A stretch of 64,000 nucleotides of DNA from Octopus vulgaris (taxonomy: Eukaryota): contig OX597824.1 of assembly GCA_951406725.2 (NCBI GenBank), positions 69,812,001-69,876,000 of the forward strand. The letters run 5' to 3'. Position numbers and translations under genes: made by a program. A model generated the notes under the pieces. The model made no database searches, was not told the origin of the DNA, and was given only the letters and a program-made list of their open reading frames with translations. This document shows, in pieces, positions 53,434 to 64,000 of the stretch; within the stretch, counting starts at the first letter, position 1; each line of letters begins with the position of its first letter.

Positions 53434-54445
53434 TGAGTGAGAGAGCTAAGCATGCCATCAAGATGAAACTGGAGTACAAATATACGGAGTCCAATATAAC
53501 CATCATTACTACCCGTCTGATAAGGGTACACCAGACACATGCATCACAACCATGTGTGTTTGACATGGTGATTTCATATAAAGATAGACAGCGCATGACT
53601 TGGTAGCGAGGGCTTGGTCCTGTGCAGCAATGATCAGGCTTTCGATGGTACGCTTCAAATCACCTCGCTCCAGCCGTGTCCTCAACACTGTATTATCCTT
53701 AACGTCCTGTGTATTCCTTTCAAACTGTCCATGCGTTCTCATTTCAAGAAGGTCTTCTTTTCTCTTCTGCTCAGCTCTTTTGTTAAACGCTTCCTTACCC
53801 ATCATTTCATCTGCATTTACACCCATATCTTTCACGGCATATTGCAGCAGGTCTTCATCACTATTTATTAAATATTTGGCAACAGTTCTCCTTTCACCCC
53901 TTATATAATGGTCTATACTAATTAGTCCCCCTTTGTTTTCATATACAATCTGTTTACGTTTACTTTAGGGTGTAGCGCCCCATGCAGCGTCATCAACTTT
54001 CTCCTCCTTCTATCCAGTGTTGATATTTCTTCCTTAGTCCATTTGAGGATGGATGCACTATATCTGACCACCGCAACTGCTCAGATATTCATTGCGGTAA
54101 TCAAACTTTTGACATTCAGGTTGGATTTCAACACCATTTTCACTCTTTTTTGATACGCCCCTCTGATCCTGGCGTTCATTTATTTCTACGTGTAGAATGT
54201 CATCCAACTCCCAAATCCCTAAATATCTATATTCACTACCATTGGGTTTACCAATGGTCTCTCCTGATGGTGACCGCAGTCCTCTGTAAGCTGTTTTCTT
54301 CCTTCTTTTCATATTAAGTACTGAGCATTTCATAATCCCAAATTCCATACCGATATCCCTAACACATTTCTAGACTGTTTTGGTCAAGGAATCTATCTGT
54401 TTTTCAGATTTCCCAAACAATTTCAGGTCATCCATAAACAGAAGT
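53434..54445 (-). pseudogene. R4/Dong-clade LINE remnant joined to the 3' end of the 558-bp element
   Basis: Minus strand: LLFMDDLKLFGK, MEFGIMKC, YRYLGI, THGQF and LKRTIESLIIAAQDQALAT, then 165 bp homologous to 16790-16954. Confidence 0.85.
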
Positions 54446-54447
54446 AT

Positions 54448-55603
54448 TTACACTTCAATGCCAGACTTGTTTGCGAGCCTCTTGGCCAACGTCTACTGCA
54501 ACTGGCAACAAAACGGGAGAATTCCTGCTTTTGTTTGTCGAGGAGTGGGGACGTTATAGGGAACTTTAGCTCCATCACTCTGCCCCCTACAGAGTTGAAG
54601 ATATTGGCCAAGGTGATAGCCAAGAGATTGGCGCTTGTCGTAGACAAGCTGATTGGCAAGGCGCAGACATGCGCCGTGTCAACCAGGTCAATACACGATA
54701 ATCTCCATCTCATGCGCTACATCATAGAGATGGTGGGTAACGAAGCTGGCGCGGGTGGGGCTTTGATCAATTTAGATCAGAGTAAAGCCTTCGATAGGGT
54801 CGACCATCGACACCTGGCAGCTGTTCTCAAGGCAACCGGTTTCGGTCCAGTCTTTCGCGGGTGGATCGCTACTTTGTACAGCAACATCTGCTCGGTGATA
54901 CGGGTGAACCGTCACCTTTCGAAGTCGTTCGACATCTCGAGTTCTGTTCGCCAAAGATGCCCTCTCTCCTCTCTTCTGTACGTGTTGATTCTCGAGCCAT
55001 TACTGCGGAAGTTAGAGGCTTTGAGTGGTATCCCGCACTATCTAGGATGTGGAAACAGCGTGTCTGCCTATGCCGACGACGTCACCGTGATGGTGTCGAT
55101 CCACAGGCACATTGACCTGATCGGCGAAACGCTAAACGAGTACGAAGCGGTGACAGGTGCAAAGATTAACGCGAAAAAGTCCGTAGGCTTGCAACTGGGC
55201 ACCTGGAGAGGCAAGTCCATGCCGTCCAACAGCGTCGTAGGGCGCTGGGCAGACGGACCCGTTAAACTGCTCGGGGTCTGGTTCGGTCCGGACCTCCAAG
55301 TGGATAAAAACTGGGAAGAAGTGACGAACAGGGTGGCCAATCTCACCCAGAAATGGGCCGAGAGGAAGCTGTCCCTAAAAGGTCGAGTGGAGGTAGCGTA
55401 TGCGTACATCGCATCCGTCATCTATTACCGATTGACCGTCGTCCCTTGTCCCGACCTCTGGTTGGCCGAGCTGGTGCACTTGCTCTTCGACTTTTTGTGG
55501 AAGGGTCAGGTACCACTGGTCAGGCGCTCCATCTGCTGTCAATTACCGCTGAACGGAGGCCTTGGTCGTGGTTACTGATGCGCAGGCATGCGCTCAGGCT
55601 AGA

Positions 55604-55604
<1 letters not shown>
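54448..55604 (+). pseudogene. Tx1/L1-clade RT fragment (open frame 54535-55578)
   Basis: ELKILAKVIAKRL, INLDQSKAFDRVDH, SVRQRCPLS, SAYADDV, KLLGVWF and GGLG; truncated at both ends. Confidence 0.92.
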
Positions 55605-55671
<67 letters not shown>

Positions 55672-55960
55672 CATTCAGTAGTTTTATTTTTATAACGTGC
55701 TTTTATTTCACTACGGAGCGCAGCTCTGTGTGCCTTTGGTATGTGCTGTGATTTGTTGTGATGCTCTTATGGTTACTGTATTGAAAGTGTTCTGCGTAGG
55801 ATGTGTGCAGTGCCTAGTAGTGCAATTTTCTGTTTGTTATGTGTTTGTAAGTCCTGGTGTTTTTGTTATGTATTTGTCTGAATATTTTTTTATCATGCCT
55901 AATGCACCTACTATGATAGGAATTGTTTCTGTTTTTAGATTCCACATTCTGGTTACCTCT
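55672..55960 (-). pseudogene. R4/Dong-clade 3' end (endonuclease C-terminus + UTR) ending in (AAT)n
   Basis: Minus strand: EVTRMWNLKTETIPIIVGALGMIKKY...QKIALLGTAHILRRTLSIQ*. Confidence 0.85.
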
Positions 55961-56053
55961 AATGAGCCTGGCATGGCTCGAGAAGGAACAAACAATAAAT
56001 ATGACTAGGTTGTTAGAATACCTACATTGCTAGAAATAAGATTTATCACTACA

Positions 56054-56409
56054 CTAGCAGTAACGCCCGGCGTTGCTCGGGATAATTTCGACCCTTTAGA
56101 ATTGAAATTTTTGAAAAGTAAAAATTTTGCATTATGTAGCTTGTTATTCTCTTTAAGTAAACATTTTTCTGGTTGAAATACACCGAAGAATAACGACACA
56201 GCAGTCAAAAAATTGTAAAAAATAGGGACTTTCATAGAAAAAAAGCACCTTTTTGATGTAAATAATTTTTGATGGAAGTAAGAGCAAGCCTTCTTCTATC
56301 ATACTCTCAATTTTGATCAACTTGCGCCGCAGGGTCTCGGAGGAGATAGTGTTAATTGAAGGCTACCAAACCTGCCACACACAGACAACTTCAGCTTTAT
56401 ATATATAGA
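56054..56409 (-). mobile_element. Non-autonomous Helitron, copy 2
   Basis: A|TC...CCCGAGCAACGCCGGG...CTAG|T. Confidence 0.82.
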
Positions 56410-56602
56410 TGACATAATTTCTTCTCCACGGTTTATTGCGGAAGTTTTGTTGACATCGTATCAGGTAAAAACGATTTACATCATAGTCTAGAGATAATCC
56501 TACGAATGAGTAATGTACATCTATATAATTATACATGTATGTGTTGTGTGTGTATATATATATGTGTGTGTGTGTGTGTATGTATACATACACACGTATG
56601 TT

Positions 56603-56644
<42 letters not shown>

Positions 56645-56807
56645 TACATGCATGTACATGAGTGCATATTTATATAGCCCTATGCATCATATGCATATGA
56701 TTATATTTAAATATAGATATATATTGAGGTGTGTATGTGTGTATGTGTGTGTTTTTATATATATATATGTCTATGTGTGTATGTGCGTATGTATAAATAT
56801 GTGTGTG

Positions 56808-56858
<51 letters not shown>

Positions 56859-56966
56859 TTATATATGTCTATGTGTGTGTGTATGTATATGTATATATAC
56901 ATACATCCATATCAATATTTATGTATACCAAGCTAATACTACACACACACACGCATATATATATAC

Positions 56967-57000
<34 letters not shown>

Positions 57001-57460
57001 GCATACATGGATGCACATACACATATATATACATGTGCGTGTGCGTGTCTGTGTGTGTCTGTGTTTGTAATTGTTGTAGGTCCACAGATGTCTGTGTGTT
57101 GTGTGTGTGCATTTGTGTGTGTGTGTGCATGTGCGTATGTGTGTGTGTGTAAAATTAACGCAAGCGTATCCCTGCTGTTCCGTGTCCCTGAATAGGTCAT
57201 TAGGTGACCAGCGTAGACACTTCTCTCTGTTGTAATATTTAGAGGGAAATATTCAACATGGCGTGGAGCATTCCCCTCTAGACCAGACAACGGCATTGAC
57301 GAATAAACAAAACTGCTCCGCTGACGCCATATTGTGAATTTTGTGTAGAAGCTGCAGTTAAAATTACACGCAACAGTGTGTTGCGCTTTCACGGATCATG
57401 TGATAATTCAGAGGGCAGTACATTTCCTCATTAGCGGACATGTGAACTACTCGCGACAGC

Positions 57461-57598
57461 GGTGGTGGTGGTGGTGGTGGTGGTGATTGTGGTGGTGGTA
57501 GTAGTTGGTGTTGTTATTGTTGTTGTTGTATTAACGGTGGCAGTTGTATAGGTAGTGGTAGTGCCAGTGATCGAGGTGATATCCGTTGTCAAGTTAAC

Positions 57599-57632
<34 letters not shown>

Positions 57633-57633
57633 A

Positions 57634-57674
<41 letters not shown>

Positions 57675-57866
57675 TTGGTGGTGTTGGTGGTGTTGGTGTT
57701 GGTGGTGTTGTCAGTGACAGTTATCACCATCGTCGTAGTGGCAGTGGGAAAGGTCATGGTGATAGTGGCAATCGCTGTGGTGGTCATCGTGAAATCCAGA
57801 GTAGTAGTAGTTGTACTAGTAGTAGCTGCAGTATAGTAGTATTAGTAGTAGCTTCGGTATAGTAGA

Positions 57867-57950
<84 letters not shown>

Positions 57951-58049
57951 TATACTACTACTACTAGTGGAAGTAGTAGTAATGGGGGGGGGTAGTGTTG
58001 GTGGTGTTTGTAGTCGTGTCGTCTTGTAATAGTAGTAGTAGCAGCAGCT

Positions 58050-58132
<83 letters not shown>
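57461..58132. repeat. Compound trinucleotide low-complexity block (GTG/GTA/GTT/TTA/GCA)
   Basis: Directly visible. Confidence 0.92.
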
Positions 58133-58930
58133 TAGATGTTATAGAACTGAAGAAACTTTGCTGGTGGTGGCGGCGGTGGTGTTGGCCTTAGCGATGTCGG
58201 CGGTGATTTAGAAGAATCTGTGATGTAATATATTTAACACGTGACTGACCATGTCGATATCATTGATCGGTCATTATTTCGGACAATCAGCCTATTGACC
58301 AGTAAATGCTCACTATAAAGGATTTTATAATTTTCAAAAGATGCTAAGGGCCGTTTTGTTCTTTGAATCTCTTCATTTATTCGCCAACTTTCAAACACAA
58401 ACGCCGAGCGCAGAACCGCCGAAATATAGAAACCAACCCTTTTAGCCATGAAAACGCCATTTAATTCACATCGTTAATTAATCTAAATCGGATTAAGCGA
58501 TTACTCTCAAAGTCAATGGAAGATTCTTCAAAAATGGTTAGAAAAATGAAAGATTGCGTATGTATGTGTATATATATTGTATATACATATATATTATATT
58601 GGTATGAATGACGCTTTCGTAGGTCTGTCTGTGTGTTTATTAATAATGGATTTAAATTGATATGTGTATATGTGTGTGTGGGGGGGGGCTGCTTCTCCGC
58701 ATGTATGTATGTATGCCACTATAAATGTATGTATGGGTGAGTGAATACATACAGACTACAGGCAGTATCGTCTGAAAATCTTTAGTAGACGTAAACATTT
58801 TCTATCCTTAATAAACAGCTTTTGTGCTCGAATTTGTGCCTGTATATAGCTCTCTCTCTCTCCCTCTCTCTCTCTCCTTCTCTCACACTCTCACACTCTC
58901 TCTTTCTGTCTCTGACTCTCTCTCGCTTTC

Positions 58931-58964
<34 letters not shown>

Positions 58965-58985
58965 GTGTGTGTATGTATGTATATT

Positions 58986-59016
<31 letters not shown>

Positions 59017-59024
59017 TTATATGT

Positions 59025-59408
59025 GGAGGCGCAATGGCCCAGTGGTTAGAGCAGCGAACTCGCAGTCATAGGATCGCGGTTTCGATTCCCAGACCGGGCG
59101 TTGTGAGTCTTTATTGAGCGAAAACACCTAAAGCTCTACGAGGCTGCAGCAGGGGATGGTGGTGATCCCTGCTGTACTCTTTCACCACAACTTTCTCTCA
59201 CTCTTACTTCCTGCTTCTGTTGTACCTGTATTTCAAAGGGCCGGCCTTGTCACTCTCTGTGTCACGCTGAATATCCCCAAGAACTACGTTAAGGGTACAC
59301 GTGTCTGTGGAGTGCTCGGCCACTTATACGTTAATTTCACGAGCAGGCTGTTCCGTTGATTCGGATCAACCGGAACCCTCGTCGTCGTAACCGACGGAGT
59401 GCTTCCAT
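59025..59408 (+). mobile_element. Family C SINE
   Basis: Near-identical to 33280-33665. Confidence 0.92.
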
Positions 59409-59426
59409 CCATAAATATATATATAT

Positions 59427-59468
<42 letters not shown>

Positions 59469-59596
59469 TATATATATTTACATATGTACATATATATATA
59501 TATGTACATATGTATATGTATACAATATATATATATATGTACATATATATATTTACATATGTATATATATATATATATGTACATATGTATACATAA

Positions 59597-59681
<85 letters not shown>

Positions 59682-60343
59682 TACATACACACACACTCAC
59701 ACATATATTTAGATAGCTAGATAGATAGATATAGATATATGCGAATGGTTTTCTTAAACCGTGTCGAGTTTTACAATTCCCGCGTACATGAAAGCCTACT
59801 TTTTTCTGTCGAAAATCATTTGTACGCTGATCGCTATAAGCTTTAAGCTTATGTAAAAAAATAAAATTTTTAACACAAGATTGTACCAACGCATATCTAC
59901 GCCAATGACATTTTAAACAACATCTTTAAACATCTTTTTCATATATTTTTAAATATCATTCGATTGACTACACGGAAATTCACTCTCTTTCTCTCTGACG
60001 AGTGGATGTATTACCTAATAATGATTATCAATTTTAGATTCCATTTCCAAGGGTAATACATTCATGAAACGATCGTAAGATATTTTAAACTTTTAAACTG
60101 TTTAAATAATCATACTTTATATATTTATACATCTATCTTACAATATGATTTTGGACGTAAATCTTCTGTGATGATATTTTGAAGTAATTTTCCTGCTCTT
60201 ACTTTATAATATAATATATGATCCCTCTTATTAAATGTCTAAATACTTTTAATGTTTTAGACATTTCCCTACCAAGAGCACTTATTATAAATTCAATATA
60301 TTGTATTCTCATCGAATATATATGATTAACGATACATACATAC

Positions 60344-60438
<95 letters not shown>

Positions 60439-61182
60439 CATATATATACAAAATGTAAAGGACTGACCACTAAAAAGTGGACAGTCAATATGCTAGATAT
60501 AGACGTCAAAATCGCTATTTTCCACGATGAATGTGTTCTCAAGAAAAAACTCAGCAAAAAACCAAAGTGTAAAAAAATAAGCAAGACAAATGAAAATATA
60601 CGAAATAAAAAACGATTACCTATGTACTAATTAGTTTCACTTGTTAATATTCACGTGTATGCACACGCGAACATCTGCAAGATCATCAGCATAGTCTGTC
60701 GTTTACAAACATAATTTCCAGAACTAGATACAGAACGCCTTCCCGCATGCATAGAGTTCAACAAATTAGAAAACATTTTTTTATTTAAAATTGAATACCC
60801 AAACACTCTGGCTGTGACACCAAGGCTGAGGGCACAAAGTGAGGAACTCATGTGCTAGGTTCCGGAGCCGTCTAGAATCCCTGGTTGAAGTTCTGTGCAG
60901 CTAATGTGAGTAAACTGTTACCTCCAGCCATAATTTACTTCATAGATTTTGGTTTTTTTAAAATACTTTTATTTTTGGATGGAAATATTGTGTTTTATCC
61001 TTCATTTGTGCAACTAAACAGCAACACTTTAAACATTATATGTCCAAAGAACCAATCAGATATTGGCCAGCAATTGATAATAATCGAAGATATTACTAGA
61101 CCCAGTTAGTGAATGATATAGAAATATATCTTTCCCTCTAGATATAACAGATATACTACATGCAAAAGCGTGTATAAGTACA

Positions 61183-61699
61183 CTAGCAGTATCGCCCGGC
61201 GTTGCTCGGGTTTGTAAGGGAAATAACTATATAAGCATTTTTAGAGAGTTACTTCCTTTATAGATGCCAATTCGGGCTTTCTTAGCCATTTCTGTTTTGG
61301 TGTCTTCAAGCCATGAAGTCGTTGTTCTAAAAGAACGCTGGTCTCCTTGACAACGCATTACGACGTTGATTTCCTTAAACTCCCTTCCCCACAGCTTCAT
61401 GAGGGAGGGAAGAAGGGGGAGAAGCAAACACAGGTGCAGATGTTTGAGCGTGGACGCCAACTCCGCCGCCATCGACACGCGAAAAATTATGCATTAAAAT
61501 GGAATAAAAAATGATGTTAAATTATTTTTAAAATCGTAGACTCATCGTAGACGCGCGCTAATAGCCAGACGGGCTCTATATTAATCACGACTATAAGATA
61601 CCCGAATTTGGTTAAACTGCACCGCAAAATGTGGGAGGAGTTAGGAATCTAAATCGTAGGAGACAGACACTCACACAACTACAGTTTTATATATAAAGA
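61183..61699 (-). mobile_element. Non-autonomous Helitron, copy 3
   Basis: A|TC...CCCGAGCAACGCCGGG...CTAG|T. Confidence 0.82.
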
Positions 61700-62261
61700 T
61701 ATGCTACGCATACATAAGTCCCATAAATTGAATTATTGTAAACGCTATAATGAGAAACTCATAACAACAGCAAGAAATTTATGTCGCATCGAACAAGAAA
61801 CCGACAGTAAGAAATATGATTCAAAAACATGAGAATTATAAGTTTGCTATTCAACCTCAAACCACCACCTGAAAGTCATGGAATACATTTTGGATAGCTA
61901 ACGTATCACACAGGCTTCAATATACATATGTAAGTTGTATACTTCATAACTTAAGCTTTTAGAATGGACAGACATGTATAATAGTTTATTGCCAGTTGAT
62001 AATGCATTTACAATTCAGATCATTGCAGCATATTACAATAACGGAAGCGAAATGAAACGAAACAGAAACAGAAAAAAAGAATTAATTTATAATACAAGCA
62101 TACTATTTATAGTACCGCAAAAAAGAAAACTGGAAGTTTATGGATTAGTCAAAGTAATGTCCTCATCTTGATAGTTGCTTTCACTACGTTTCGGATGTGT
62201 TCGCTCCAGACTGCTTCAGGTGTCTTGTAATTCATGTTAGTGTGTTGCCTCGATGTGTGTC

Positions 62262-62437
62262 GTCATGATAGATCGGTAGCCACCACACATTCTTCATTTT
62301 CTCTCCTTGTTTCTTTCTATGGAAGAGCGTAGGCTCGAAACGTTAAAGACTTTTTCACTTCCCGAGTGTCAAGCTGATACATTTGTTTGTTGTCTAAACC
62401 ACCTGTCTTCGTCTTTTGTTTTTTGTGAATTCTCCCT
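62262..62437 (+). mobile_element. Solo Penelope pseudo-LTR with degenerate hammerhead
   Basis: TCTTT-CTATGGA-a-GAGCGTAGGCTC-GAAACGTT-AAAGA at 62312-62349; ends at TATATA. Confidence 0.85.
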
Positions 62438-62533
62438 ATATATGTGTGTCTGTGTGAGAGAGAGAGAGTGTGTGTGTATGTGTGTGTGTATGTGTGTGAG
62501 TGTGTGTGTGCGTGTGTGTGTGCGTGTGTGTGT

Positions 62534-62885
62534 GGAGGTGCAATGGCCCAGTGGTTAGGGTAGCGGACTCGCAGCCGTGGGATCGCGGTTTCGATTCCCA
62601 GACCGGACGTTGTGAGTGTTTATTGAGCGAAAACACTTAAAGTTACACGAGGATCCAGCAGGGGCGGTGGCGAACCCTGCTGTACTCTTTCACCACAACC
62701 CTCTCTTTCTCTTTCTTCCTGTTTCTGTTGTACCTATATTTCAAAGGGTCAGCCTTGTCACACACCGTGTCACGCTAAATCTCCCCAAGAACTACGTTAA
62801 CGGCACACGCGTCTGTGGAGTGCTCAGCCACTTACACGTTAATTCCACGGATCAACTGGAACCCTCGTCGTCGTAACCGACGGAG
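62534..62885 (+). mobile_element. Family C SINE
   Basis: Head GGAGGTGCAATGGCCCAGTGGTTAGGG and body match. Confidence 0.88.
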
Positions 62886-63439
62886 AGTCACGATACACAC
62901 ACACACACACACACACAATAGAGCAAGAGAAAGACAAAAGAAAGTGAAATGTTTTATATTCTTAAAGTGAGCAATAATAATGTTTCATCTACCTATGTGA
63001 TTTATTATACCTTAACCGTTTTGAACGATGAAGATTTGAAGTAGAAATATAGAAGAATATATGCGAAGATTAACAAATTCCGTACTGGCTCTGTGTCAAA
63101 ATTCCCAGATTTTCATTTCAACCGTTTTACTATCAAGGACCCCTTTTAATTTAAATAAGTTTTCCCACGGACCCCAGGATATTGAAAAATCTGTCAGTTT
63201 AACATATTCACGGATCCCCAATACTACCTTTGCGGATCACCAGAGGTCCGCGGACCACAGGTTGGGAATCACTGCTCTGGCTTATATCCGAACACATTTT
63301 AACTGAAAGTAGGATCAAATCTTAAAATGCTTCTTGACGTACCTTTACGCTTAAAGATATTGCGTAGTCCTTTTATATTATGGTGAGAAGTACTATTAAA
63401 ACAGGTTTCATCTGAAGACAATGAAAATACACATTAACT

Positions 63440-64000
63440 TATATGGGATACCAACGTATTCAAAACTGTAATAGGCAGATTAGAGTTCATTATATATTGT
63501 AATTTTTCATTAGGGTTTTCCATAAAGGTAAAACTTATTAGTATCAAGGTTTATAGCGACATCCGATATTCTGACTACACTAAGGCTTCTATGTATCAAC
63601 CACCATTCTTAAATCTAATTCTTTGGATGTCTCTATAAGATCTTTTCTGAATATGTATAAAATGTCACCGTTCATACAACACAAGTCTATTAAACTATTG
63701 TACTTGATTCCAATATTATCTCGTCCTCAGATGATAAACACCATTTATCTTCCATTCAAATAATAGTGCTTCTGTAACTAAATGGTTTCAGCGGCATCAA
63801 CGATGGAAAACATTAAGAATTCACGCAATTCCATGTAATAGAATTTCTTTATAAAGCTTTAGCTTTCGCAAATAATCCTATCTACTTCATAAAAACCTTA
63901 GTTTTCGCTTATAATTATATCTCAATTAGTGAATCTGATATCGGAATTATGCACGCGTGGAAGTCCCTGCCACTCTTTGATAACTCATTTTGAGTTAAAA
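63440..64000 (-). pseudogene. Highly decayed Penelope-like RT (Naiad-like)
   Basis: Minus strand: RKDLIETSKELDLRMVVDT...DVAINLDTNKFY...NEKLQYIMNSNLP, resembling the RT palm/thumb pattern FLDVTFNL...PYxKPN...SNHP. Confidence 0.5.

Noticed and set aside
57431-57836. Mucin-like Thr-rich protein
   Set aside because: It is a decayed trinucleotide repeat, open on both strands, with no other domain.

Overview
This is repeat-saturated, AT-rich eukaryotic intergenic or intronic DNA. The dense (TA)n/(CA)n/(ATAC)n/(TAA)n microsatellites and the SINE families suggest a cephalopod, most likely Octopus (inference). I cannot support any host protein-coding exon, and almost all ORFs in the supplied track are microsatellite read-throughs. 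Recognisable coding sequence is all transposon-derived: one 5'-truncated but open Penelope-like RT + GIY-YIG ORF (6688-8196), decayed Penelope-like copies (Neptune-like and Naiad-like), three Tx1/L1-clade RT remnants, R4/Dong-clade fragments next to (TAA)n, two RTE 3' ends and four mariner remnants. Non-autonomous elements include three Helitrons, several MITEs and dozens of tRNA-derived SINEs. The most interesting hidden structure is a set of at least six short non-coding fold-back cassettes embedded in (TA)n tracts. Several cassettes and solo Penelope termini carry minimal hammerhead-ribozyme motifs with palindromic stem III. Across families the hammerhead 3:8 pair covaries (C-G, G-C, U-A). 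Also notable are a 558-bp (TAA)n-targeted element sharing its 3' end with a Dong-type LINE, and a 183-bp-period SINE concatemer whose junction recurs at other loci. Coordinates of decayed elements are approximate, and all family calls come from reading motifs by eye, not from database searches.
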